DNA from: a virus
Direction: 5' to 3' (one strand)
DNA: 64,000 nucleotides
Virus record (IMG/VR): IMGVR_UViG_3300042934_000519
Span: 1-64,000 of that record
In this document: piece after piece, positions 47,701 to 57,342 of the stretch
Position numbering within the stretch: the stretch's first letter is position 1
How the letters are laid out: every line of letters starts with the position of its first letter
Notes under the pieces: model-generated
Database searches by the model: none
Told to the model about the DNA's origin: nothing
The model's input: the letters and a program-made list of their open reading frames with translations, nothing else
Position numbers and translations under genes: made by a program

Positions 47701-49599
47701 TTAGACAGCAGGTGGGGTCTCGCCTTCGATCTCGGTCGCAGCGTCGTTGAACGCAGCGGTCAGAGAGTCAACCAGGCCTTGCAGCGCGGTGTCGCCCGAT
47801 TCCATGCTCAGTGCCAAGGCATCGAGTTCTGGTTTCAGGGTAGCCGGGGTCACGAACTTGGCAGCTTCGGTACCGGCAGTCACTTCGGCTTGCGAAGCGG
47901 TGACGTCAGCGAAGGACTTGCCACCCAGCAATGCCGAGTCTGCTGCTTGTTCGGTTTTGCCCAGCTTGTCGTCAACGGCAGTGATCAGGGCAGCCAGTGC
48001 ATCGCCTTCCTGAGTCAGCTTGTCAGCCAGTTCCTTCAGGGTGTCGAGTGCAGTCGGAGCACCGTCAACCAACGCGCTGATTGCATCGTCTACCTTGGCT
48101 TTGAGGGCCAGAGCAGTGATGTACTTCGCATCGTCGGTACCAGCGATGGCTTCAGCCGAAGTGGCCTTTTCCAGACCGCCAGCTTCTGCCTGAGCGATGT
48201 AGGCATCCAGCGCATCCTGAACAGCCTGGATGGTTTGAACGTCGCCACCACGGATGGTCGCCAGGATTTGCTCGAGGGTCTGGCCTTCCAGCTTGCTGGA
48301 ATCGACAGCAGTACCAGTCGCAGGCAGCGCAGCGTCAGCGGTAGCCTTGGCAGCATCAGCAGTGGCTTGAGCAGCAACGGCTTTACCGTCAGCAACCTCA
48401 GCAGCGTCACCAGCCAATTGAACAGCAGCGTCCACAGCTTCGATGGAAGTGTTGTGGCCAGACAGGATGTCTTTCAGCGCTTGTGGTTCAGCACCTTCGG
48501 TCACCACGACAGGGTTGTTACCCAGATCGCTGGTTTCAGTCAGGAAGCCAGAACCGCCACCGGTGGCTTCTTCCAGCGCGGTGATACGAGCAGCCAGCGG
48601 ATCGGTGATCGCTTTGGTGGCAACGTCGGCATCAGCGATGAACTGAGCGAGGGTCTTACCGCCGAACTTCGCAGAGTCAGCAGCAGTTTCCAGTTTGCCC
48701 AGCTTGTCAGCCAGAGACGAGACGATGGCCGCAACGGCGTCGTCTTGGTCAGCCAGCTTGTCAGCCAGCTCTTTGAGGGTGTCCAAGGCTTCTGGAGCGC
48801 CATCAACGAGGGCGTTGACCGCTTGAGCCACACCGGCTTTCACACCAGCAGCGGTGACGAACTTGGCGTCGTCAGTACCGGCTTCCACTTCTTCAGCAGT
48901 GGCCTTGGCAGGGATCAGGGCTTCAACAGCGTCCAGGTCATCCTGGATACCGGCGAAGATCTGAGCGAAGGTCTGTGCGCCAACGCTGTAGCCAGCGAAG
49001 TCGTCAGTCTTCTTGACCACTTCGGAGAGGTCCACACCGCCAGTAGCGGCGTCGAGGATCTCAGCGAGGGTCTTGCCTTCCAGCTTGCTGGAGTCAGCGG
49101 CAACGCCGGTCTTGTCCAGTTTGTTACCGACCGAGGTCAGCAGCTGGTTGATGACGTCCGGGTTGTTCTGAAGCGCAGCAGCGATTTCAGCGATGGTGTC
49201 CAGGGTCTCTGGAGCAGCGCCGACCTTGCTGGCCCAGAAGGCCGCCAGGTTTGCTGGAACGAGGTAGCGGTCAACGCCAGTGGCGGTAACAGCTTCAGCG
49301 TCGGTAGCCGGAGCGTAGTTCTCGACCTTGTCCAGACCCACTTGGGCCTTGGTCACCTGATGCGGGTTATCGCGACGGGCGATGAACGCGTTCAGGATGG
49401 TTTCGAGTGCGTCGATCTCAGCGTCAGTGGCGCTGGTGATCTCTGCCTTGACCTGAGCCAAGGTTTTGCCTTCGAAGAGGCTGGAGTCAGCAGCACGCTC
49501 GGTCTTACCGAGTTTGAGGCCGAGTTGAATTTTCAGCGCAGCGTTGAAGGCCGCGATGGATTGAAGCAGTTGAGCAAGTCTTTCAGGACTCAGAGGCAT
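47701..49599 (-). CDS. Repeat-rich tail-fibre-type structural protein
   Basis: Repeats KLGK..AADS..xGK, GAPxxLDTLKELA, AT..E..AGTDD.K.VT and RRDNPHQVTKAQVGL. Confidence 0.75.
   Translation of the reverse strand: MPLSPERLAQLLQSIAAFNAALKIQLGLKLGKTERAADSSLFEGKTLAQVKAEITSATDAEIDALETILNAFIARRDNPHQVTKAQVGLDKVENYAPATDAEAVTATGVDRYLVPANLAAFWASKVGAAPETLDTIAEIAAALQNNPDVINQLLTSVGNKLDKTGVAADSSKLEGKTLAEILDAATGGVDLSEVVKKTDDFAGYSVGAQTFAQIFAGIQDDLDAVEALIPAKATAEEVEAGTDDAKFVTAAGVKAGVAQAVNALVDGAPEALDTLKELADKLADQDDAVAAIVSSLADKLGKLETAADSAKFGGKTLAQFIADADVATKAITDPLAARITALEEATGGGSGFLTETSDLGNNPVVVTEGAEPQALKDILSGHNTSIEAVDAAVQLAGDAAEVADGKAVAAQATADAAKATADAALPATGTAVDSSKLEGQTLEQILATIRGGDVQTIQAVQDALDAYIAQAEAGGLEKATSAEAIAGTDDAKYITALALKAKVDDAISALVDGAPTALDTLKELADKLTQEGDALAALITAVDDKLGKTEQAADSALLGGKSFADVTASQAEVTAGTEAAKFVTPATLKPELDALALSMESGDTALQGLVDSLTAAFNDAATEIEGETPPAV
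47933..47968 (-). repeat. 36-bp inverted repeat, copy 2
   Basis: Exact reverse complement of 21850-21885. Confidence 0.9.
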
Positions 49600-50098
49600 G
49601 ATCTGCACCTTGTGGATCAGGGAGGTTGGTGTTGGAGATGTTCTCGGTCATAGCATCGAATTCCAAGGCCATCTTGGTAAACGCTGTATCTAGTTCATCA
49701 CTGAGGGTGTAGTCACCTGCTGGGCGACCGCCGAGATTGTTAGAGTCGTTAACAGTACCTGCTCTCGCCTCCGCAATGATTTCTTCTTTGGTGCTGCCGC
49801 CTAACTTCAGGGAGTTGACAGCAACATCATCGACGCCCAGCTTGTCCTTGAGAAGCTCTACCATCTGCTCAATAGTGTAGGAACCCACCTGTTCCGCGGT
49901 AACCTTGTTAGGGTTATCACGGCGTTTGGCGTACATCCCCAATACAGAGTTAAGCGTGGTACGGAACGATTTACGCCCCGTACCACCGCCGTCAAGACGA
50001 GTAGCGATCGAGATCTCGATGCTATCGTCCCCAGACAGCAGGTCCAGTTCAAGCGGATCTAGCTGAGCAATCGAGACGGTGAGGTTTTGATTGCCCAT
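49583..50098 (-). CDS. Tail-fibre-related protein
   Basis: RRDNPNKVTAEQVG and NSLKLGG repeats. Confidence 0.65.
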   Translation of the reverse strand: MGNQNLTVSIAQLDPLELDLLSGDDSIEISIATRLDGGGTGRKSFRTTLNSVLGMYAKRRDNPNKVTAEQVGSYTIEQMVELLKDKLGVDDVAVNSLKLGGSTKEEIIAEARAGTVNDSNNLGGRPAGDYTLSDELDTAFTKMALEFDAMTENISNTNLPDPQGADHASES

Positions 50099-50124
50099 CA
50101 CGTTCCCCTATATTGCTGGATGGA

Positions 50125-50661
50125 TCAGTTCACCTGCGGAGCGGCTTCGCTGTCGACTGGCGCAGGCGATTCAAGGTTTCCCAGTTCCGGGTTCACCTGT
50201 TCGGCCAGCGCTGGCTTGGCAACGGTCAGTTCGACAGCCAGTTCGCCTTTGTAACCGAAAGAGCCAGTGGCTGCCTTCAGGATCACAGAAGCTTCGCCAG
50301 CAGCGAATTCTTCAACGACGATGTCGGTCTCGTCGAATTCCAGGCCGTAGCGGGTGTTCAGCGCAGCAACCACGTCAGCGGTCGAAGTGCCGGTCACAGC
50401 TTCAGCGTGGACTTTCACTTCAGTGATGCCAGCATCAGTGAAGATCTGTTCCAGGTCGAGGCGAGTGTACAGCGCGTCGTTGTCACCTTCGTAACGCTCA
50501 GGAGCGGTGTACGAAACGGTGGTGTCGTACGGCATGCCGTCAACACTTACAGGTGCTTCGAAAACGAGGTCTTCGTCAACGAAGGTAACGCCGTTTTTGG
50601 CAGCAGCGTTGATCGCAGCCAACAGCAGGCCACGACCGGATTTTGCAGCAAAAGTGCTCAT
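50125..50661 (-). CDS. Putative virion structural protein
   Basis: YTRLDL..LNTRYGL..SFGYKG pattern; strong codon bias. Confidence 0.65.
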   Translation of the reverse strand: MSTFAAKSGRGLLLAAINAAAKNGVTFVDEDLVFEAPVSVDGMPYDTTVSYTAPERYEGDNDALYTRLDLEQIFTDAGITEVKVHAEAVTGTSTADVVAALNTRYGLEFDETDIVVEEFAAGEASVILKAATGSFGYKGELAVELTVAKPALAEQVNPELGNLESPAPVDSEAAPQVN

Positions 50662-50777
50662 GTTCGAATTCCTCGTATGAACGCAGTGACATGCAGTAAA
50701 AAATTAACTGCACATAGGATAACGGCATAAAGCAGTGGGCCGAAGCCCACTGCAATCAGTTCAGGGTAAACCGGTCC

Positions 50778-51104
50778 CTATGCTTCCTTATATTCCGGTG
50801 CTTCCATCAAACATTTGCGGCACAGGCAGACATCTGTCGACGGAACTTCCCGGCGAGTCACGTCCATGCACCAGCACAGATTGGCGGATTTACCGTCTGC
50901 CATCGCGCAGTACGCAGGACCTGTGCACTCAGGGCAATTGTGGGTGCTCGTCTGGCCACGCAGTTGCTTCATGAGCGCCATACGGTCGTCCACAGGCTTG
51001 CTCCTCCAGTCTTTGAGTTCGGTTCGGGTACGCAGGCACCCTTTGCAGATGTTGTTGGACAGCCCACATTCACTGATGCAAGGACTGACAATAGCTTCTT
51101 TCAT
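50778..51104 (-). CDS. DUF1289 plus cysteine-rich CWC fusion protein
   Basis: SPCISEC..CKGCLRT..E..W, then CPEC..CWC..CLCRKCL. Confidence 0.75.
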   Translation of the reverse strand: MKEAIVSPCISECGLSNNICKGCLRTRTELKDWRSKPVDDRMALMKQLRGQTSTHNCPECTGPAYCAMADGKSANLCWCMDVTRREVPSTDVCLCRKCLMEAPEYKEA

Positions 51105-51157
51105 TTACAGGCTCCGGAATAAGAAGGAGGCCCGAAGGCCTCCGACTTATGGCTTAC

Positions 51158-53389
51158 TTAGAACACGATTTCGCACACACCGCCAGCGCAACCAGCCGCG
51201 CCCATGGTGTCAACTTCGGTGTAGACCTGTTGGTTCAGTTCCACGGCGAAGTCAATCGCTTTGAGGTCACGAGTGATCGCTTCCCATTTGTGCAGGTTGT
51301 GCACGTCTTTGAGGCAGTAGGTCATCTTCAACTTATCGCCACCGAAATGGTTCTCGGCGAACTTGTTGGCACGACGTACCCAGTCACGCTTCAGGAGGTC
51401 CGCAGAGTTGTCTTCGCTCAGCGGGGCAGCGTTACCCAAGGCCGTAGAGCAAGCGCGCCACAGGTCGTCGTTGAAGGCGTGGCAGCCATCGACGATCAGG
51501 CCCGAGGCGAACATGGTCGCCGAGCCGTACATTTCCAGCAGCTGCTCTGGCGTGAAGACTTCGGTGAACGGAGCCTGCACGTAGTCGCGATCGCCCGAGG
51601 TGCCCAGCAAGCTGATGCCTGCGAAGAACTGACGGTTGTCGAAGATGTACTGTTCCACTTCAGCCCAATCGTCCACCGAGATGGTGTTGGAGATGTTGTG
51701 GCTCAGCCAGTCAGTGACGCAGTGCTCTGGGTTACGACCTTCGTTGATCCAGACTTCCTGAGCCTTCTTGACGAACTCCAGCTGCTTCTTGCCGTACAGG
51801 TCGGACTTGAAGATACTGCCTTCGTTGGCCACGATCGGGAACGAGATGACGACGTCGGTACCACTTGGGTTCCAGCGCGACAGCTCGGACATTTTCGGGT
51901 TGGCTTTCTCGATCAACTGAGTGACCGCATCCTGGTTGGTCATCTGCACGTTACGGAAGTAACGCTTGGCGTGGTCGCCATGGATACCCGAAGCGCAGCC
52001 CAACAACACCGAGGCATTGCCCGATGGCTTGCAGGTGGTGGTACGCGCTGCTGGCTTGATGCCGATCAGTGCAGCCACTTGCTTGTTGATCTTGCGGACC
52101 AGGTGCGCAGCATCACGCATGTTGTCTTCGTTGAACAGCACGTCCGGGTTGGTCATCCAACCGGTGATCGAGACGCCCAGCAGGGCTTCACGTTCGGTGA
52201 TGTCCGCCGAAGCTTGGTCCAGGTAGCTGAAGTTGGTGTAGCCCGCTTGCAGGGTACCGAGAATGGCACCGGCCTTGGAGGCGTACATCAGCTTCTCACG
52301 GGTGTCACAGAACGCACCGTTGGTTTCGGTCAGGTTGCACTTCTGGAAGCCCGAACGGCCGTCTTCGGTGTAACCACGCAGGCCGATCTCAACGCACGGG
52401 TTGAACAGCGCGTCAGCGTCGTCAGCGAAGATGAAGCCCGGCTCACCGAACTCTTTGGTGCGCTTCATGATGCTGGCCCATTCATCACGGGTCAGTTCAT
52501 CGCGGATCACCAGCACGGAGTTGTTGGAACGGCCACGCTGGGCGTTCTCTTCGTACCAGGCGCCCGTCTTGGCATTCATCATCTCTTCGTCGTCTTTGCC
52601 GAAGAGGGCGATGCAAGCAGCGCGACGGATACCGCCGGACAGAACAGCGTCAGCCATGTGCATAACGAAGTCGTAAGCGACGATCGAACGCATGTCGACA
52701 GTGCCGTCTACGTCTTTGGTTTCACGCTCGAGCAGCTTGCGGCACTGTTCCAGCGAACGCACGAGGCCATCAGGACCTGGGGCTTTGAAGCCGCCGGAGA
52801 TCATGGCACCACGAGGACGGATCTGGCTCACGTCGAAGTGAACAGTCTTGCCTTCGTATTCAGGGAACTCACCGCCACCGACGAAGTAGGACGCCAGCAG
52901 CACACCGAACGCGTCAGACCAACCTTCGATCGAATCCGGGACGGTATAGCTCATCACGTCAGTACGGCTCACAGGCGCGATTGCAGGCAGCTTGGCGACG
53001 TGTTGCTTTTGTACGGAGAAGCCAACGCCGCAACCACACAGCAGCAGGTACATGGCTTCCTGGAAGAAACGTGGACGGTCGACGTAGGACGCCGAGCAGT
53101 TGTACAGACGCGATTCGTGCTTGAAGATTTGCTCGCCACCGAATTGCAGGGCGCGTTGGCTGCCCAGTACTGCTTTCTCTTTGTACGCTTTCTCTGCGAA
53201 GGCAATGGCCTCCTCCAGCTCAGGACTCATGACATGCGCGTACTTTTGACGGTGCATGTTCATCACGCGCTCTACCGAGCCGTTCCAGTCCTCGTAACGC
53301 CCGATTGCATCATCCCAACGCGAGTAGCCCATGAAGAACTTTGAGTCGGCAAGCATGTTCTTCGCGGTGGTGACGGTTTCGTTGTTCAT
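51158..53389 (-). CDS. nrdA: Ribonucleotide reductase catalytic subunit (NrdAk / monomeric NrdJ-like clade)
   Basis: YNC, GCGVGFS, GGIRRAA, NPCVEI, KPSGN and C-terminal CAGGVCE; class not certain. Confidence 0.88.
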   Translation of the reverse strand: MNNETVTTAKNMLADSKFFMGYSRWDDAIGRYEDWNGSVERVMNMHRQKYAHVMSPELEEAIAFAEKAYKEKAVLGSQRALQFGGEQIFKHESRLYNCSASYVDRPRFFQEAMYLLLCGCGVGFSVQKQHVAKLPAIAPVSRTDVMSYTVPDSIEGWSDAFGVLLASYFVGGGEFPEYEGKTVHFDVSQIRPRGAMISGGFKAPGPDGLVRSLEQCRKLLERETKDVDGTVDMRSIVAYDFVMHMADAVLSGGIRRAACIALFGKDDEEMMNAKTGAWYEENAQRGRSNNSVLVIRDELTRDEWASIMKRTKEFGEPGFIFADDADALFNPCVEIGLRGYTEDGRSGFQKCNLTETNGAFCDTREKLMYASKAGAILGTLQAGYTNFSYLDQASADITEREALLGVSITGWMTNPDVLFNEDNMRDAAHLVRKINKQVAALIGIKPAARTTTCKPSGNASVLLGCASGIHGDHAKRYFRNVQMTNQDAVTQLIEKANPKMSELSRWNPSGTDVVISFPIVANEGSIFKSDLYGKKQLEFVKKAQEVWINEGRNPEHCVTDWLSHNISNTISVDDWAEVEQYIFDNRQFFAGISLLGTSGDRDYVQAPFTEVFTPEQLLEMYGSATMFASGLIVDGCHAFNDDLWRACSTALGNAAPLSEDNSADLLKRDWVRRANKFAENHFGGDKLKMTYCLKDVHNLHKWEAITRDLKAIDFAVELNQQVYTEVDTMGAAGCAGGVCEIVF

Positions 53390-53608
53390 TCAATGACTCC
53401 AGTGTCGTGACCCCTAAGGTTGGCTTGAAAGGGGTTGATTATTTACTTCAGCACATAATTAGACCCCATCCAGTTCCTAAAAAACCGATGGCTCAAAATC
53501 CTGCATTTATGAGTCATTCCACTATTTTTGGGTCCTACATTACTGCCCTGTATGAAGCAGTAAAATATAAAGCTGCTAGACTATTTTCTGATTAACCAAG
53601 GGGCTGTC

Positions 53609-54019
53609 ATGATGACTCTAATACCGAAGTGGATTCGTGTCATACAAGAAAACAACCGTAAACGCCGTGAGGTGTTCTACCGTTGCCAAGAGAACTACGC
53701 ATTACTTGAGCCTGTAGCGCTCAAGCTAGCCGAGTGGCCTAAGCTGACACTTGACGACCTGCAAGCGTCCATCGTAGCCATGCGCGCCAGTTACCTGCTG
53801 TTGCTGGCTGACAAGATGTGCTACCTCGCCACCCTTCACTTCATGGGCGTATGGGAGAACCTCTTCTATACTCCTGAGGTCAGTCGTCAACAACGCACGT
53901 TGGACGGGCTGGAAAAAGCTTTGGACGACATGATCAAGTCGACCATCAATACCACTGCATTTCTCAAGAAGTACCGAGGGACCGGGATACTGCCCAGTGC
54001 CTTCGAAGGACAGGCGTGA
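53609..54019 (+). CDS. Hypothetical protein
   Basis: After TACATTAC motif. Confidence 0.6.
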   Translation: MMTLIPKWIRVIQENNRKRREVFYRCQENYALLEPVALKLAEWPKLTLDDLQASIVAMRASYLLLLADKMCYLATLHFMGVWENLFYTPEVSRQQRTLDGLEKALDDMIKSTINTTAFLKKYRGTGILPSAFEGQA

Positions 54020-54020
54020 T

Positions 54021-54329
54021 ATGGAAACCTTTGCCGTTCACAAAGTGGACGATAACCTTGTGGTCAGTATCACCAAGCTACCCGGCTTTGGGAAGTTAGG
54101 GACCGCAACCGTGTGCTTGGGTGACAAAACCAAGCAGTACATCGAATTGTATTATGCAGGGGGGTTCTTCAAAAGAAACCCTGACGACGCAGTTATGAAG
54201 AAGGTGACCGATCAGGTGGTCACTATCGCTCAGAACTACGTCAACCGACGCAAGATCCCTGGGCGGGTCATCAGCGTTTCCTTTACATCTGTCTTAAGGC
54301 CAGTCAAAGAACATGAGCATCAAATCTGA
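54021..54329 (+). CDS. Hypothetical protein
   Basis: Operonic ORF. Confidence 0.6.
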   Translation: METFAVHKVDDNLVVSITKLPGFGKLGTATVCLGDKTKQYIELYYAGGFFKRNPDDAVMKKVTDQVVTIAQNYVNRRKIPGRVISVSFTSVLRPVKEHEHQI

Positions 54330-55047
54330 TCGTTACATCATTCGCAAGTCCATGGTGCCGTCTCACCGTGTGTCGGTTGAGAACCAATTCACTGGCTGGG
54401 CGTGGAGCTGCTTGGGCGAATGCCCGGAAGGTGATACCAACACCTGCTCTGAGGGCGTGGTGAAGAACTTCACCCGTGTCAACGAAAGCGACCTCGCTGT
54501 GTTCCATCTCGAGAACCCGTGGTTCCCGATGATCGACCACTTCGAAGCCAAGCAGGTGCGCAGCAAAGTAGACGAGAAAGTCGTCTCCTACGGGACTTCC
54601 AGCTATGGCTACGACGTGCGTTGCGCTGACGAGTTCAAGGTCTTCACCAATATCCACTCGGCAATGGTTGACCCGAAGAACTTCGATCCCAACTGCTTCG
54701 TCGACGTCAAAGGTCCCAAGTGCATCATCCCGCCGAACTCCTTCGCGCTGGCCCGTACCGTCGAGTGGTTCAAGATCCCTCGCAACGTACTGACCATCTG
54801 CCTAGGCAAGAGCACCTACGCTCGCTGCGGTATCATCGTGAACGTCACTCCACTCGAGCCTGAGTGGGAAGGTCACGTGACGCTGGAGTTCAGCAACACG
54901 ACCCCACTACCAGCCGTGATCTACGCCAACGAAGGCGTGGCTCAGATGCTGTTCCTTGAGTCCGATGAAGACTGCCTCACCTCCTACAAGGACCGTGACG
55001 GCAAGTACCAGGGCCAAAGCGGTGTCGTCGTTCCCCGCATGAAGTAA
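54313..55047 (+). CDS. dcd: dCTP deaminase
   Basis: [40 protein letters not shown] motifs. Confidence 0.95.
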   Translation: MSIKSDRYIIRKSMVPSHRVSVENQFTGWAWSCLGECPEGDTNTCSEGVVKNFTRVNESDLAVFHLENPWFPMIDHFEAKQVRSKVDEKVVSYGTSSYGYDVRCADEFKVFTNIHSAMVDPKNFDPNCFVDVKGPKCIIPPNSFALARTVEWFKIPRNVLTICLGKSTYARCGIIVNVTPLEPEWEGHVTLEFSNTTPLPAVIYANEGVAQMLFLESDEDCLTSYKDRDGKYQGQSGVVVPRMK

Positions 55048-55115
55048 CACCCACCCCTATTCCGGGACACTTACGTCCCTGAAGTAACGCCACACTACGT
55101 GGCCGGAGATACACC

Positions 55116-55625
55116 ATGAAAGACAATCAACACGACAACCCAATCAACGCCATCAAGGAACAAGAGATCATTACCGGAGGTAATGGCGGTCGTGATGGTC
55201 GGGGACCGTTACTTGTGCCCAGCAACCTCGACGCGATGCGTCGGCAGATGCAAGAAAGTCAGTCCCGTGAGCTGTTCCGTCCGTTTCTGGTGCGCTCTAT
55301 CTACAGTCACTTGGTAGGTAAGGCGTTCCTGGGTCACACGACCACGTACGAGGCGATTGCCAACGAGTTTGGTCTCCCTAACAAGGGTAACCAGCTCGGA
55401 AGCACCCTGTCGCCTCTGCTGGCGGACATCTACCACTTTTGTCGGAAGAACCAGCAACCTCACTTGACTGCAATTGTTGTACGCAAGTCGGGCGAGGACA
55501 AGGACCTTCCCGGTAAAGGGTTCTGGGACCTGTACAACGCGGTTGATGATCGTCATGAGCGCCGCATCATGACCAAGGACTTGCAGAAGCAGGTCTTTGC
55601 TTATTGGGGCCAGCTGGGTCAGTAA
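55116..55625 (+). CDS. Hypothetical, possible winged-helix protein
   Basis: TYEAIANEFG...LTAIVVRK..PGKGFW. Confidence 0.65.
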   Translation: MKDNQHDNPINAIKEQEIITGGNGGRDGRGPLLVPSNLDAMRRQMQESQSRELFRPFLVRSIYSHLVGKAFLGHTTTYEAIANEFGLPNKGNQLGSTLSPLLADIYHFCRKNQQPHLTAIVVRKSGEDKDLPGKGFWDLYNAVDDRHERRIMTKDLQKQVFAYWGQLGQ

Positions 55626-55679
55626 GTTCCAAAGGTGCATGGGGTTTCCCATGCACCTCTTTATTCGTTAGGAGTACCC

Positions 55680-56675
55680 ATGACCATTTCACAAGACACC
55701 GTAGTGCTGTACCACCGTGGTTGTAACGATGGTATCGCCGCAGCGTGGGCTGCACACGAGGTGCTGGGTGACAGTGCTATTTACCTGCCGTACCAATACA
55801 ACGATCCTCTGCCGGATGCCTGCAAGGGCCGTCACGTGATCCTGGTGGACTTGTCCTTTACCATGGCTCAGATTCATGACCATGCGTACAGTGGCGAAGT
55901 CCTGTCCTTGATGATCATCGACCACCACAAGTCGGCGATCAAGCAACTCCAGAACATCCCGAACGTCAGCAACTACTCGGACTACCTGAACTTCCGCGAT
56001 CACAGCGTGGAGTACAAGGTGTGGATCTTTGCTGACACGCAGCATTCCGGTGCGGTGTTATCGTGGGCGTTCTTCAACAACAAGCCTGCCAACGAAGGCT
56101 TTGCGTGGAACAAAGACATTCCGCTGATCCTTCAGTACATCGAAGACTACGACCTGTGGAAGAAGAAGATGGACAACACCATGGCCATCAATGCATGGCT
56201 GGTTAACGGCGAGCTGTCCATTGAACGCTTTGCGAGCATGCTGCGCACGGACGGCACACCTCGCCTGAACATCGTGGAGACCGGCAATGCGCTGTTGACC
56301 TACGATGCCAAGATCGAGCGTCATGTGCTGCGCGAGTACGTGCAGTTTGTGGAGTACAACGGTCAGAAGGTCCCGTTGGTCAACGCCCCTCACCACCTGC
56401 GCAACAGCCTCGGCGAGAAGCTGGGTCGTAAGTACCCGTTCGTGATCCTCTACACGGAACGCGATGGTAAGACGATCTACAGCCTGCGCTCTGTGAAGGG
56501 TCAAGGCGAGGACGTCTCGGTGATCGCTGAGCAGTTCGGCGGCGGAGGTCATGCGGAAGCCGCAGCCTTCTCCATTCCTCACACTCCACTCGATCTGTAC
56601 AAGCACCAAGCACTGCTCAAGAAGCCTTCCTTCCTGGAACGCCTCAAAGCCGCGTGGGCTGTGCTCAAGGGGTAA
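55680..56675 (+). CDS. DHH/DHHA1 phosphoesterase (NrnB-like)
   Basis: YH..CNDG, IDHH, SGA, SLRS, GGGGHAEAA. Confidence 0.88.
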   Translation: MTISQDTVVLYHRGCNDGIAAAWAAHEVLGDSAIYLPYQYNDPLPDACKGRHVILVDLSFTMAQIHDHAYSGEVLSLMIIDHHKSAIKQLQNIPNVSNYSDYLNFRDHSVEYKVWIFADTQHSGAVLSWAFFNNKPANEGFAWNKDIPLILQYIEDYDLWKKKMDNTMAINAWLVNGELSIERFASMLRTDGTPRLNIVETGNALLTYDAKIERHVLREYVQFVEYNGQKVPLVNAPHHLRNSLGEKLGRKYPFVILYTERDGKTIYSLRSVKGQGEDVSVIAEQFGGGGHAEAAAFSIPHTPLDLYKHQALLKKPSFLERLKAAWAVLKG

Positions 56676-56678
56676 ACC

Positions 56679-57314
56679 ATGTCTGACATCAACAAGAACC
56701 TGATTGTAACGCTGAACCGTCTTCAGTACCGTCAGGAACTGCACGATTCGGTGTTCCACTCGGACATCTACACGCTGACCAAGCATCACCGCTTACAGCA
56801 CTTGGTATTGCACCACTGCAAGTACGTGGCAGAGCTGCACTTGATGCTCACCAACGAGCATTATGCAGATCTCCAGCAACACGGTCCACAGCGCAATCGC
56901 ATTGGACGGCTGGCAGTTGATGGTCTGATCATCTGCCTTTCGATGTTCAACGTGTGCGGTAAGTTGTTGTCTGCGCACATCGAACCCAACCACAACGACA
57001 CGCTGGCGTGCAGCGAGATCCTCCTGCACGGCGTAGGGCGCATGGCGAAGACGATTGAAGACGTCGACCACATGATGCAAACACGCCCGCTGGAAGAGAT
57101 CATGGAGCGCGCTGCCTTGATGGCCGTGTCGTACATGAACATCGCTGTGCGTAACTTCCCGGAGTACAACGTCTTCAACCTCAATGCCGTGATGCATCAG
57201 GTCGAGGACCGTCTGCTGGAAGTCGAGCGCAAGAACATCTACTTCGACAAGCACATCGTTGAGATCAACCGTCGTATGCAGATTTACGACACGCTGCACC
57301 GCGAAGCCCAGTAA
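56679..57314 (+). CDS. Helical hypothetical (possibly MazG-like)
   Basis: His-rich helical pattern; weak resemblance only. Confidence 0.55.
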   Translation: MSDINKNLIVTLNRLQYRQELHDSVFHSDIYTLTKHHRLQHLVLHHCKYVAELHLMLTNEHYADLQQHGPQRNRIGRLAVDGLIICLSMFNVCGKLLSAHIEPNHNDTLACSEILLHGVGRMAKTIEDVDHMMQTRPLEEIMERAALMAVSYMNIAVRNFPEYNVFNLNAVMHQVEDRLLEVERKNIYFDKHIVEINRRMQIYDTLHREAQ

Positions 57315-57342
57315 ACAGCACACAACCCACAGGGAGAGCCAC

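Noticed and set aside
47680-49653. 657-aa + strand ORF antisense to the fibre gene (likewise 13071-14309, 26739-28184, 40461-41771, 62830-63981)
   Set aside because: Antisense shadows of strongly biased genes
51149-53344. 731-aa + strand ORF antisense to the RNR gene
   Set aside because: Shadow ORF produced by the sense gene's codon bias; no motifs or RBS
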